Shown: in pieces, positions 1 to 9,567 of the stretch
Layout of the letters: every line of letters begins with the position of its first letter
How positions within the stretch are numbered: the stretch's first letter is position 1
Source: a virus
DNA: 64,000 nt
Virus genome (UHGV): UHGV-0385297
Strand: one strand, 5' to 3'
Made by a program: the position numbers and the translations under genes
Notes under the pieces: model-generated
Told to the model about the DNA's origin: nothing
Databases searched by the model: none
The model's input: the letters and a program-made list of their open reading frames with translations, nothing else

Positions 1-505
1 CTATTAGTTTTTCTTCGGTTATTTCTTCTTTTTTATTAATATCATCTTGCTTATATTTGATAAAACCATCACTATCAGCATATGTCAAAGTGTTATATTG
101 TCCCATTGAAATCTGACGAATATAGGCATTCCAAACATTTGATTTAACCTTACCAGAAGCAAGATTTTCAGTTTCTTGAATACTGGAATCCCATACTTTT
201 TCGAGAAAAGGTTTATTCAAATAGCGAAGCGCGAGTCGTACAGATTCTTTGTCTGGTTCATGTTCTATACCATCTTTTCCAACTTTAAAAACTATTTTTC
301 TGGTACATTCTCTGCAAATAGGAGTTAAACCACTTTTATTCATTGGGTCTGTACTCATGTAGAATCCATCCTTGGATTTATGAGTATCACACAGATAACA
401 CCATGCACCGTCTTTAAGAGATTTAACCTTTTCCTCTAATGTTTCAATTTTCTTCCTAGCTTGAGCAACTGTTATTTTAGTTGCTGGTTCTTTAGCTGTC
501 GCCAA
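1..505 (-). CDS. Zinc-ribbon protein (partial; its end runs off the window at position 1)
   Basis: The minus-strand ORF is open to the window edge. It starts at TTG (505-503), 9 nt downstream of an AAAGGAAGGAAG RBS. Two CxxC pairs are present (CYLCD...CRECTRK). Confidence 0.45.
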   Translation of the reverse strand, partial: MATAKEPATKITVAQARKKIETLEEKVKSLKDGAWCYLCDTHKSKDGFYMSTDPMNKSGLTPICRECTRKIVFKVGKDGIEHEPDKESVRLALRYLNKPFLEKVWDSSIQETENLASGKVKSNVWNAYIRQISMGQYNTLTYADSDGFIKYKQDDINKKEEITEEKLI

Positions 506-704
506 TAACAGTCACTTCCTTCCTTTAATTCCAAACAAAAAAGAAGAGTAGTAACATACTCCTCTTAACAATTAAAAATTTCATCTATTATATTGTAGTT
601 TTTTTGATAGTAATAACCACTTACTATCTTGATACCTCCCCTGCACTATTTGGTAGTTTAGCCACGTCGCAACACCCAGTTCTCTTTTGGTATCTTCCCA
701 GGCA

Positions 705-789
705 CGTTCACGGTAGGATTCGAACCTACATGTCATAAGACACATTAGTTTTCAAGACTACGCCGTTATAACCATTTCGGTACATGAAC
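705..789 (-). tRNA. tRNA-Ser (anticodon TGA), long variable arm
   Basis: The acceptor pairs GTTCATG with CGTGAAC. The T-arm is GTAGG-TTCGAAT-CCTAC, the anticodon loop is cTTGAaa, and a long variable hairpin is present. The fold was done by hand. Confidence 0.65.
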
Positions 790-1282
790 TTAATAAAAAG
801 CAGGAGAGTAGTGCTGATCCACTCAGATCTATACCCATCGAATCATACAGTATATAGACTTTAGCATCAGGTTTCCTGCGTATATCCCTGTCTTTCCAGA
901 GTGCCAGACCGCCCAGCAGTCATTCAATAATCTTTCAAACTCAGATTTGGTGCAAGCACCACTTCTGATAAAAGTCTCCGTCAACTTTTGTTCAAAAAAT
1001 AAGGAATCAATGCAGGCATCGACTCCTCGAAAACTCATAAGAGTTTTGTTCAATAACGCCGCATTTAAGCAGTAGCGACAGTGAATATTTATTTTACCCT
1101 TGTATTCACTACGAACAAGTCATCGCTCGGCAATTTTTTTAATCGGTTAGCCGTGTGACCGATGCTCACTGGTTGTTTGTATCCTCTAACTAAAACGCTG
1201 CCGTGGCATCGCCCTTACAACCTGGATATGGTGGTTTGATTGATGTAGGGGTGTTGAAGATAAAGTATTGGAGAATAGAAGA

Positions 1283-2236
1283 TTAGAAAGTAAACTTGTC
1301 CTTGTTCTCCTTTACCTTTTTCTTATTAACAGTCAAGTAATGACGTACAGTAGTTTCGGTACTCTCATGATGTAAAAGTTCTGCTATATCCTGAATATCC
1401 ATACCAAGCTCTTTTAAAATATTTGAACCACTATGTCTAAGATCATGATTATGAAGTGTAGGTACACCGATCATTTTTCCTGCCTTTTTACACCAGTCGT
1501 TCAATGTGCTATTTTGAATACATTGAGTTTCTGTAACGTGAGGAGTAATAAATACCCAGCCAAAATCATTGATATTATTTTCTTCTCTATATTTCTTCAA
1601 TTTTCTTAGCAATTGCTCGACTTCCGGAGAGAAATATAAATCAACAACCTTTTGTTCTTTTTCAAGAACGTCATTGCACATACGCTCATCAAGATCAACT
1701 TGTTCCCATTTCAAATGAGACATTGCGTTTACACGAGCCATGGTAGATAACCCAAACATAATATACGTTTGCAGTTGTATGTCTCCATTTTCTTCAAGTT
1801 TTTCTCTTAACAAATTGACCTGATCAACACTTAAAAATGTTTGTTTGATAATAGCCATTCCTTGTTTTGGACGTTCTAGGAATTCTGTAGGAGATTCTTT
1901 AATCAATTTTTTCTTACGGAGAAATTTATAAAAAGCAGATACGGAAGCCATTACTCTTTTCTGTCTATTAACATTATTTCCTTGCTCTTTTCTCCAATAA
2001 AAATATTCCTCTATGTCTTCATCTGTTGCTTCCAGCACTGACAAATTAAATTGATTATCGTACATATAAATAAACCACTGTCTTAAATCTGAATTATACT
2101 GTTGAATACTATTATGAGATAAATCACGAATAGACATATCAATCTGATATTTTTGAAATAGTTTTAACGTTTCTGGATTGATATGTCCCAATTTTTCTTT
2201 ATCGTACAATAAAATTCTTTTACTTTTTTCTGCCAT
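1283..2236 (-). CDS. int: Tyrosine recombinase / phage integrase (XerC/D-like)
   Basis: Catalytic residues are visible (R in ARVNAMSHLKW, HDLRHSG, LLHHES..TTVRHYL with the Tyr). The ATG at 2236 has an AAAGGAAGTGAG RBS; the track's longer start at 2257 is less likely. Confidence 0.8.
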   Translation of the reverse strand: MAEKSKRILLYDKEKLGHINPETLKLFQKYQIDMSIRDLSHNSIQQYNSDLRQWFIYMYDNQFNLSVLEATDEDIEEYFYWRKEQGNNVNRQKRVMASVSAFYKFLRKKKLIKESPTEFLERPKQGMAIIKQTFLSVDQVNLLREKLEENGDIQLQTYIMFGLSTMARVNAMSHLKWEQVDLDERMCNDVLEKEQKVVDLYFSPEVEQLLRKLKKYREENNINDFGWVFITPHVTETQCIQNSTLNDWCKKAGKMIGVPTLHNHDLRHSGSNILKELGMDIQDIAELLHHESTETTVRHYLTVNKKKVKENKDKFTF

Positions 2237-2715
2237 TTTCTCACTTCCTTTACCCAAAAAATAAAAAGAAGCGAGATAGCAGTAAAATATATCACTTCTT
2301 TATAAATAAATATTCTATACTGAACAAAATTGCGTTTTCCGCAACTTTTTTAAAATGCGCAAATTTTATTTTTATACCACGTTGTCCGATATTTTCACAA
2401 ATGTCCGATTATCCACCATTACATTGCTCCTTTTGGTGGATATTCGGACAAATCAAATACTTGATTTTTACTAATATATCAATGTTTTTTTGAGTTTTTT
2501 TGCGAATCGTTACCTCTATACACTCTATTACTTATTATTAGCGTTAGCCACATAGCTTTTCTTTTTCTGATTCTGACGTTCTAATGCGGCTATGCCGCTT
2601 CTTTTTATAAATACCATTTTGAAAATAAGTGTAATTTTTTACACCTTTTCGCTCTAAAAGGTGTAAATATATACACCTACAATGAAGACTTTTTATAGTA
2701 TTTTAAGTAAAAATC

Positions 2716-3285
2716 TTACATATGGTCCTCTAATTCTATACTACTTGATGTCTCTTCAATATTAGCCCATTTACTTTTACTAAATAAATCTACAATTTCT
2801 TTTTCTATATCTTGACCTCTAAGAAAAATATAAGGGTTAACCACAAAACACTTTTTCGTCTTATTTGCATATGTATCGGATTGTCTTTCAACTTTCTTCA
2901 TGATATCTTTTTTACATAATGAACTTATAATTCTTTTAAAAGTTTCATAATTTTCACCTAAGATATCACTTATAGTTTTGCCGTCAACGATCTTGCCATT
3001 ATATCTTAAAATTCCGTCATTATAAGAAATGAAGGGTATGAGTGCCATAGTGACCGCATATTCCTTGGTAGGCAATTCTTTAAATAAAGCCGTAATAGGA
3101 TGTACAAACACCTTGACAAACGCCTCCTTCTTTTGGAAATTTATTATATGTGTTTGTTTATAATTGTTCTGCTGTTGACGTACAATTTTGTCACCTTCAT
3201 ATATTTCACTTAATATTTTTCCATACTCACTGACAACTGTACCAACTCTAATTTTTTCTTTTGTATCAATCATTTGAATCACCAC
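2716..3285 (-). CDS. Hypothetical protein, possibly a wHTH DNA-binding protein
   Basis: The 189-aa ORF abuts the next gene downstream; I recognise no catalytic motif. Confidence 0.5.
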   Translation of the reverse strand: MVIQMIDTKEKIRVGTVVSEYGKILSEIYEGDKIVRQQQNNYKQTHIINFQKKEAFVKVFVHPITALFKELPTKEYAVTMALIPFISYNDGILRYNGKIVDGKTISDILGENYETFKRIISSLCKKDIMKKVERQSDTYANKTKKCFVVNPYIFLRGQDIEKEIVDLFSKSKWANIEETSSSIELEDHM

Positions 3286-3286
3286 C

Positions 3287-3475
3287 TATCGAGAAGCTTT
3301 ATAGTTGGCTACGATTTCTTCAAGTTCTGGTGATTCATTAAAATAGAATACGTTTTTCCCATTTTGATTTTCATTTGGACGCATATCCAGTAATACAAAA
3401 CCATGCTGCATTAAAATACCTGCAAGTTTCATGTTAAAAATTGTTTTAATTTTTGTGTCTCTCATATGTTTTATT
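3287..3475 (-). CDS. Small phage protein (59 aa), paralog of 9371-9553
   Basis: The sequence MRDTKIKTIFNMKLAGILMQHGFVLLDMRPNE..KNVFYFNESPELEEIV shares a K.L..L...G......K..F.F...L..L pattern with the 60-aa ORF at 9371-9553. It falls below the track's length cutoff. Its stop lies 1 nt from the start of 2716-3285. Confidence 0.5.
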
Positions 3476-3607
3476 CTCCATTCATTTGATATAATTGCAC
3501 ATCACTCGCAAGAGTGGTGTGCGAGGATTGAGCCTCTGGCTCGATCCTATAGTGCCACAGGCACATACTTAGTTATTTTCCATTTCATAAATAAAACTTT
3601 GAATTAA

Positions 3608-3691
3608 TGGGTAGAGCAGGAGTCGAACCTGCGGTGTTTCTGATGTAACCGATTTACAGTCGGTTGCCCTCGCCTCTAGGCACATCTACCC
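3608..3691 (-). tRNA. tRNA-Tyr (anticodon GTA), long variable arm
   Basis: The acceptor is GGGTAGA/TCTACCC. The anticodon arm is ACCGA-cTGTAaa-TCGGT and the T-arm is GCAGG-TTCGACT-CCTGC. Confidence 0.7.
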
Positions 3692-3766
3692 AAATTATAA
3701 GAGTGCGTAGCCATAATAGACCACGCACCCATACACAAAAAGACTAATGAATTTTCATATCTAAAA

Positions 3767-4006
3767 TTACTTTGCTTCTTTAGCAACCTCAGCAGCTTCA
3801 TCTGGATGAGCAGCCGCCCACTTGTCACATTCCTTCTCGAATGTAGTGCCAGGGAATGTCAGCCAACCCTTTGCCTTACATCTTGGACAATCATCTGGAT
3901 GGCTCTTGCCCATACCAGGACCAAACTGAGACATATGCTGCTCATATTCAGCTTTCTCCATTGGGGACTCATATTCAATTTTTCTATGCTTGTAATCGTA
4001 AATCAT
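3767..4006 (-). CDS. Hypothetical protein with a CPRC motif
   Basis: An AAAGGAG RBS sits 7 nt upstream of the ATG at 4006 (MIYDYK...). The track's start at 4033 is 27 nt further upstream. Confidence 0.5.
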   Translation of the reverse strand: MIYDYKHRKIEYESPMEKAEYEQHMSQFGPGMGKSHPDDCPRCKAKGWLTFPGTTFEKECDKWAAAHPDEAAEVAKEAK

Positions 4007-4039
4007 ACAAAAGCTCCTTTCATAAAAACGCAAAAATAG

Positions 4040-4390
4040 TTACTTATTTTCCTCTTCCTGTTTAGGAAGAAGTTTATCTACAGCTTTATCTAGCTGCTGT
4101 TTTCCATAAGATTCAATGCTCTCAAATGCACGATCTACAATCTGAGAGATCATTTCAACAGTAAAAATAGGACGCATATATACAGGCACAAAAGCATATA
4201 GTTTTTCCACTACATACTCATGTTTCATGCCACCGGCTTTTATTGTATCCTTATATACAGACTCAGCTTCTGAGATATAATCGCCAGCAACTTCTTTTAA
4301 CCTGGAATTCGTCCTAAAATAAAGGCTCAGACCGCCAAGGATAACCCATACGACAATCTGAGCAATTTGAATAATTGTATTAATATCCAT
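4040..4390 (-). CDS. Membrane-anchored hypothetical protein
   Basis: It has a hydrophobic N-terminal helix (IIQIAQIVVWVILGGLSLYF) and is tightly packed in the operon. Confidence 0.5.
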   Translation of the reverse strand: MDINTIIQIAQIVVWVILGGLSLYFRTNSRLKEVAGDYISEAESVYKDTIKAGGMKHEYVVEKLYAFVPVYMRPIFTVEMISQIVDRAFESIESYGKQQLDKAVDKLLPKQEEENK

Positions 4391-4405
4391 AATATTTTCC
4401 TCGAA

Positions 4406-5020
4406 TTAATAACCGAGAAGCTTTAGAAAATCCTTCATCTGTTTTTCAGATAACTTTTCAGAAGTGTAGAATGTATGACTGGTATACTTACCATCTTCAG
4501 ACTTACTTACGGTAAATCCATGAATATCATCATCTTCGTCAGTTTCTACATCCAGATTCATTTCACCGTCATGTAGCTCTGCACAATCTTCACAGTTTCC
4601 ATCACATTCATCTGTAAGACCAAATAGAATAACTTCCTTCTCAAGGTCTTTACATTCTTCAATCACGTCCTGAGAGACGGAACCGTCCATATCAATGTAG
4701 AAAATATCTGCATCATACAGATCACCGTAATCATCCAGTGGGATGACAGTTACATAACCTTCGTCAGTTACGCTTAACATATATTCAATATCTGGATCGT
4801 CATCAGTAAGATCAACCCTCCAAATACTGGTTTCATCCAGATCCATAACCTCGTCAAAAATGTATTCGACCAGATCTCTGCCCGCGATCAGAGCTACAGT
4901 TTTATCTGTATGATATAAATGATGAATGAACTTATATGCTAATTCTGTGTAGTCATAAACAGTGATAATGTTTAAATTTTCTTTAACTTCAGGTGTTTTA
5001 TTTTCAGTTACCTTTTTCAT
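4406..5020 (-). CDS. Highly acidic hypothetical protein (possible DNA mimic)
   Basis: D/E-rich runs such as LDVETDEDDDIHGF and DLTDDDPDIEY suggest an anti-restriction-type mimic; this is inference only. Confidence 0.5.
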   Translation of the reverse strand: MKKVTENKTPEVKENLNIITVYDYTELAYKFIHHLYHTDKTVALIAGRDLVEYIFDEVMDLDETSIWRVDLTDDDPDIEYMLSVTDEGYVTVIPLDDYGDLYDADIFYIDMDGSVSQDVIEECKDLEKEVILFGLTDECDGNCEDCAELHDGEMNLDVETDEDDDIHGFTVSKSEDGKYTSHTFYTSEKLSEKQMKDFLKLLGY

Positions 5021-5099
5021 TTAAACGTATTTTCCTTTCATTCCTTATGTCGGATGCAATATGTACTATTTATTTTTTCTGGGATGGGAGAGTGTTAAA

Positions 5100-5399
5100 T
5101 TAAGCACCCTTTACAGCATCCTTTAAAGCGGAGCCAGCCTTAAACTTAACAGTCTTAGTAGCTGCAATTTCAATCTCTTCACCAGTAGCAGGATTTCTAC
5201 CAATTCTTGCAGGTCTTTCTGCTACATCAAAGCTACCAAAGCCGGTGATTGCAACCTTCTCACCCTTAACCAGTGCATCCTTAACTGCTTCAAAAACTGC
5301 ATCTACAAAAATAGTAGTATCCTTTAAAGAAATCTTTGCATACTTCTCGTCCTGTACTGCAATTGTCTGTACGTTCTTTACTAATTCGGTCTTGTTCAT
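5100..5399 (-). CDS. hup: HU/IHF-family DNA-binding protein
   Basis: The sequence MNKTELVKNV...GFGSFDVAERPARIGRNPATGEEIEIAATKTVKFKAGSALKDAV follows the canonical HU arm motif. An AAAAAGGAG RBS is present. Confidence 0.85.
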   Translation of the reverse strand: MNKTELVKNVQTIAVQDEKYAKISLKDTTIFVDAVFEAVKDALVKGEKVAITGFGSFDVAERPARIGRNPATGEEIEIAATKTVKFKAGSALKDAVKGA

Positions 5400-5907
5400 A
5401 AAATAAATATCTCCTTTTTCTCGTTAAAATTTTTTAAAATAAAAAAGGGTAGCTGCTCCGAATGGAGTCAACTCCCTATGATTAGTTACGATTTTCTTTG
5501 CGGATGATCGAGAACCTATTTGTTTATGCGATTTTAGCTGATCGACAACAGCGGGTTTGTCACCCAAAAATATTGTGAATTCTATAATAGTATAGTATAA
5601 TTGCTTCTGCGGAGTTTCTTCCGCATTCTAAGCTGCTAGTTTTTCCAAAAGATGAATAATCTTGAAGAAAGGCGGTGGTGTATAATGTTTAAGTGTGTGT
5701 ACCCTTACATTGTGCATGTCAGTGCTTACTGGCGGTTCCGACTGAATAAGTGGGAATTCGTTAGAACACATTGGCGAAGGCTACCCAGTTTGTAGCCAAG
5801 CATCGTTCATCCTAGAGACAGGATCAACTCTCGTGTTCTTGTCATTTTTTCTAAGATAACTAGCAGCTTTCTTCTTTTTTATCCCGCTTCGGCAATTATG
5901 TCTACTT

Positions 5908-7098
5908 TTATACAAGTTCAATAGGGTAGTAACAAGCTACTCCTTTTTGATTACAGATACATACCATCTGAGATGGTTTTCCAGATAATCTCTTCTCAAT
6001 AGTAAATTGATCACCTGAACCAGCTAAAGTACCACCTCGAATCATTTTTACTCCATTTGCTTCATCAACTGCACAAGTGTGCATGTGACCCATAATTAAG
6101 GCATATGGGAAATACCCAAGCATAGAGCAGAGATTATATGTACCTGCTTTAGAGAATGGGTCGTAGTCTCCGTGAACAACAGTGTAAAACTTTCCACGAA
6201 TATCCAAGTCTACAATACCTACATCCAAATTTCTCTTTAAAATATGGATATTAGATATATGCTGTAAAGATAAACCAACACCCCATGTAATAATGTCATC
6301 AAGACGTTCATCGTGTAATGCATCTTCCTTACGCTCAATCCTGGTATGATTCCCAACTACACTTGAAATAAATACATTTGAAAAATGTTTAGACAATTCA
6401 TAGCAGAAAGATGAAATAAGTTCGGTTGCAATCTTAATCTGTTCGATAACATTTTCTCTATTTGTTACCTGTAAACTTTTATGGATGGACCCTGAAATCA
6501 TATCTCCACATAAAACCACATAACATTTCTCTGAATTATGTAACTCCCTAATAGCAATTACTTCGTTCAGTAATTTATTAAGCCTTTCAGCGGCAATATT
6601 GGAATTGTATTCTCCCCAAACAGAATTAAAGCACTGTCCAATATGAAAATCACTTAAGACAATTAACATATCATTATCAGATGTAACATCTACTTTTTCA
6701 TGAGTCTCAAAATTAGTACGCCCAAGCTGAGAAAGTGTACTTTCCAGCAGGTCTAATTTATTTTCTACACGGGCATCAATATAATTCTGTCTCTGCCAAG
6801 CAGTTCGTTCATCTCTAAACTGAATTTTCTTTCGTTCTAGTTCACGGATCTGTTTATCCAACTCATTATTACGGTTTTCCTTAGAGAATACTTCTGTATT
6901 GAAATCTTTAGCATTGTTGTAACGCTTACGATAAGCACTCTCAGAGCGATAAACGGTTTCATCTTCCCTAAACGCCTTATTAATCAATGCAGCAATTTCG
7001 TCCCATGTCATATCTAAAAGGCCGTTTTCTTTTGCCTGTCCTAATCTCCAAATATACTGAAGTTCGGATTCTCCGTTTAATAAATCTGTATTAAACAA
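5908..7098 (-). CDS. Calcineurin-like metallophosphoesterase with an N-terminal coiled coil (SbcD/Mre11-like?)
   Basis: The motifs LSDFHIG, LCGDMISG, VGNHT and GHMH are preceded by a ~130-aa heptad-rich region. Confidence 0.6.
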   Translation of the reverse strand: MFNTDLLNGESELQYIWRLGQAKENGLLDMTWDEIAALINKAFREDETVYRSESAYRKRYNNAKDFNTEVFSKENRNNELDKQIRELERKKIQFRDERTAWQRQNYIDARVENKLDLLESTLSQLGRTNFETHEKVDVTSDNDMLIVLSDFHIGQCFNSVWGEYNSNIAAERLNKLLNEVIAIRELHNSEKCYVVLCGDMISGSIHKSLQVTNRENVIEQIKIATELISSFCYELSKHFSNVFISSVVGNHTRIERKEDALHDERLDDIITWGVGLSLQHISNIHILKRNLDVGIVDLDIRGKFYTVVHGDYDPFSKAGTYNLCSMLGYFPYALIMGHMHTCAVDEANGVKMIRGGTLAGSGDQFTIEKRLSGKPSQMVCICNQKGVACYYPIELV

Positions 7099-7114
7099 TC
7101 ATTCACCAACTCTC

Positions 7115-7330
7115 TTACGCATCTTCTTCATCGGAAGCAGTTGGCTCAGGAATATCCTCATCGACCTTTACTTTGATCACGATTTCTACTTCACTGCCCT
7201 CAAAGTCTTTCCACAAACAAGATAACTTCTTATCTTCACCGTCCACGGTAATAGTCATATTTTCAACATCAATTAAGCCTGCAGTCTTTAAAGAAGTAGT
7301 AGTGCTGCGTTTATATACTAGATTTGCCAT
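7115..7330 (-). CDS. Hypothetical protein
   Basis: It is a 71-aa ORF between the phosphoesterase and the ClpP-like gene. Confidence 0.4.
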   Translation of the reverse strand: MANLVYKRSTTTSLKTAGLIDVENMTITVDGEDKKLSCLWKDFEGSEVEIVIKVKVDEDIPEPTASDEEDA

Positions 7331-7378
7331 TTGATTTTTCTCCTTTTACTCAAAAAATAGAAGAGTGGTATACTCTTC

Positions 7379-8074
7379 TTAGATGATTTCGTCTAAACTG
7401 GTAATAATCTTGTCAGCTACGCCATATTCAATTGCTTCGCTTGAAGATAAATACCAATCGTTTTCAAAATTTTCATAAAATACATCTTCTGGAATTTTTG
7501 TTCTTGACAGAACAAATTTTCCTAATTCTTCAATTTGTCTCTGATAATTTAGAATAGCAGCAACGACATCATTGTAGCTTCCGCTAAACTGACCTGCTCC
7601 TTTATGGATGAGAAATTCAGCCGTTGGGAATGTCAGTCTCTCATGACAAGCTAAATAAATAAAGCAACCGCTAGAAGCTGCCATACCAACATTAATGCCA
7701 ATTACTTTTGTTGTACTTAAAGAAATTGTATCTACTAAGCAGTTGTTAACTTCTAAATCTCCGCCTGGGCTAAAGAAAATGACTTTAATTGGCTTACGAT
7801 CCTTTACAGGGATATTGTTTTTATTATCTTCGGAATTCCACTGCATAATCATTTTTGCATATTCCAAAGTCATAGTAGTGATTTCATCATCAATCCAGAT
7901 GATCCTATCATCATAATTCTTATAGAATTGTAAAAGACTAGGATCTGGAAGTTGTAAATTCTCTACGTTACTTGGAATTGCGATATCAAGATATGTAGCA
8001 TCTAATTTCTTTTTATTTGGGATTTCTTTAATCTTTATTTTATTTAGAAGTTCTTTAATTTCCTTTTTGTTCAT
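7379..8074 (-). CDS. ClpP-family serine protease with an N-terminal extension
   Basis: FFSPGGDL...GMAASSGCFIYLA...FLIHKG...EAIEYGVADKI aligns along the whole ClpP fold, including the Ser and His catalytic positions. Confidence 0.75.
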   Translation of the reverse strand: MNKKEIKELLNKIKIKEIPNKKKLDATYLDIAIPSNVENLQLPDPSLLQFYKNYDDRIIWIDDEITTMTLEYAKMIMQWNSEDNKNNIPVKDRKPIKVIFFSPGGDLEVNNCLVDTISLSTTKVIGINVGMAASSGCFIYLACHERLTFPTAEFLIHKGAGQFSGSYNDVVAAILNYQRQIEELGKFVLSRTKIPEDVFYENFENDWYLSSSEAIEYGVADKIITSLDEII

Positions 8075-8197
8075 AGGCGTTAAAGCCTCCGATTTCGTAA
8101 TATTTACTCTTTATGAGCATAAAAAAAGAGAATGCTTTTAAACATTCTCTTTGCCAAATGCATGGCTACTGGCGGCACGACCAGCTTTCCTATATAA

Positions 8198-9343
8198 TTA
8201 AGAACATAATAAAAGAGAGTCTTTATTTAGACTCTCTGGATTTATTATATAAGTTTTATCGTTATTAAAAAAATAATTATCTAAAATAGAATTTATATTG
8301 TCTCGCTCCCAATATGGAATACGCATTAATGGAATATTATAATCTATACAATGAAGATTCTTTGCCTGATCACGTTCTTTATTTTCCGTAAAATTAATGC
8401 TTGCAATTTCGATGCCATCTCCATTAAAATCGATAGGCATGTAATGTTGTTCTCCATCAAATTCAATCGCCATATTTAGTTTTGGTAAGTAAAAATCAAA
8501 TCTCAATGGGTTATCCCAATAGGCAGTATAAATTTCATGAGTGTCATGTTCATAAACATAATTATGCTCTTTTAAATAAGCTAAGATTGTTTTTTCTCCA
8601 ATGGAACAAGTACATTCATTGCATTTCGTTTTACCTTTTAAAAATAATCCATAACTTGTAGTATAGGGCTGACCGCATACCTCACAAGAAATTAAAAGGT
8701 TATAATCATTATAAGATGTATAATTCGATAATAATTTATTTTTCCCATTTGCTTCTATGGTTGCACGTACTTCTTCTATTGAATATTTTTGTTTTTCAAC
8801 CATAGATTCTCTGCCACAATAATAACATCCTCGTCCAGATTTAAGATGTATCCAATTATTCCATTGAATACCTTTATCTATATGTTTATTACAAATATAA
8901 GGCATTTTTGTTTCATTATTTACATAAATTGATGGCATCATAATACAATCATTATCTTTGAAAGTTGAAATCATTTTATTTAATGTTTCAACTTTTTTCG
9001 GGATATTTCTAGCTTCCCATTTTTCTTTTACTTTACCATGGATGTTTGGAGACGCAGTACCATATCTAATCTTTTTAACTTCAACACCTTTTATAGGCGC
9101 ACAATCACGACATGCCACCTTGGAAACAATTGTCGTACCTCTATAATATTTTTTTACTTGCATAGAAAATATTTTTCCACAATAGTCACATTGTACATCA
9201 ATAAATTTATCACTTGAATGGGGAATATCTTCGAACCTTACTTCAAATTTATCTCCAAACTTTGTAAACCGATATCCTTTTTCTTCATAATAAGATTTTT
9301 GTGAGCCATTCCATTCTACTAATAATTTTTCTGTAATAACCAT
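8198..9343 (-). CDS. Multi-zinc-ribbon protein with a C-terminal PD-(D/E)xK (DUF559-like) endonuclease domain; putative homing endonuclease
   Basis: About six CxxC modules precede the motif FDFYLPKLNMAIEFDGEQH...RD..K. The ATG at 9343 has a GAAAGGAA RBS; the track start at 9367 is TTG. Confidence 0.55.
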   Translation of the reverse strand: MVITEKLLVEWNGSQKSYYEEKGYRFTKFGDKFEVRFEDIPHSSDKFIDVQCDYCGKIFSMQVKKYYRGTTIVSKVACRDCAPIKGVEVKKIRYGTASPNIHGKVKEKWEARNIPKKVETLNKMISTFKDNDCIMMPSIYVNNETKMPYICNKHIDKGIQWNNWIHLKSGRGCYYCGRESMVEKQKYSIEEVRATIEANGKNKLLSNYTSYNDYNLLISCEVCGQPYTTSYGLFLKGKTKCNECTCSIGEKTILAYLKEHNYVYEHDTHEIYTAYWDNPLRFDFYLPKLNMAIEFDGEQHYMPIDFNGDGIEIASINFTENKERDQAKNLHCIDYNIPLMRIPYWERDNINSILDNYFFNNDKTYIINPESLNKDSLLLCS

Positions 9344-9370
9344 TTCGCAACGTTCCTTTCGTAACAAAGA

Positions 9371-9553
9371 TTAGGAAATAAGATATGTATTCTTTTCGAT
9401 ATCCCATTTCTCTAAGTTTTTATAAAGTAAATTATTTTTTTTAAATAAAAAGACCAAAAATCCTTTCGACTTTTGATCTGTATCAATTCTGATTACTGGA
9501 CAACCATTTTCAATTAGAAAATTTGCAAGTCGTTTACTTTTGCATACAAACAT
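9371..9553 (-). CDS. Small phage protein (60 aa), paralog of 3287-3475
   Basis: An AAGGAG RBS is present and the pattern matches the other copy. Confidence 0.5.
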   Translation of the reverse strand: MFVCKSKRLANFLIENGCPVIRIDTDQKSKGFLVFLFKKNNLLYKNLEKWDIEKNTYLIS

Positions 9554-9567
9554 TCAAAGATTTCTCC

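Noticed and set aside
829-1053. A 74-aa minus-strand ORF between tRNA-Ser and int
   Set aside because: It has no RBS, and it sits in a GC-richer untranslated stretch that is more likely a tRNA leader or int 3' UTR.
705-2236. tRNA-Ser plus integrase read as a prophage attL junction
   Set aside because: The integrase lies on the 5' side of the tRNA, not at its 3' end. Four more tRNAs are scattered through the same arm, and phage-like genes continue on both sides. The tRNA is therefore more likely phage-encoded.
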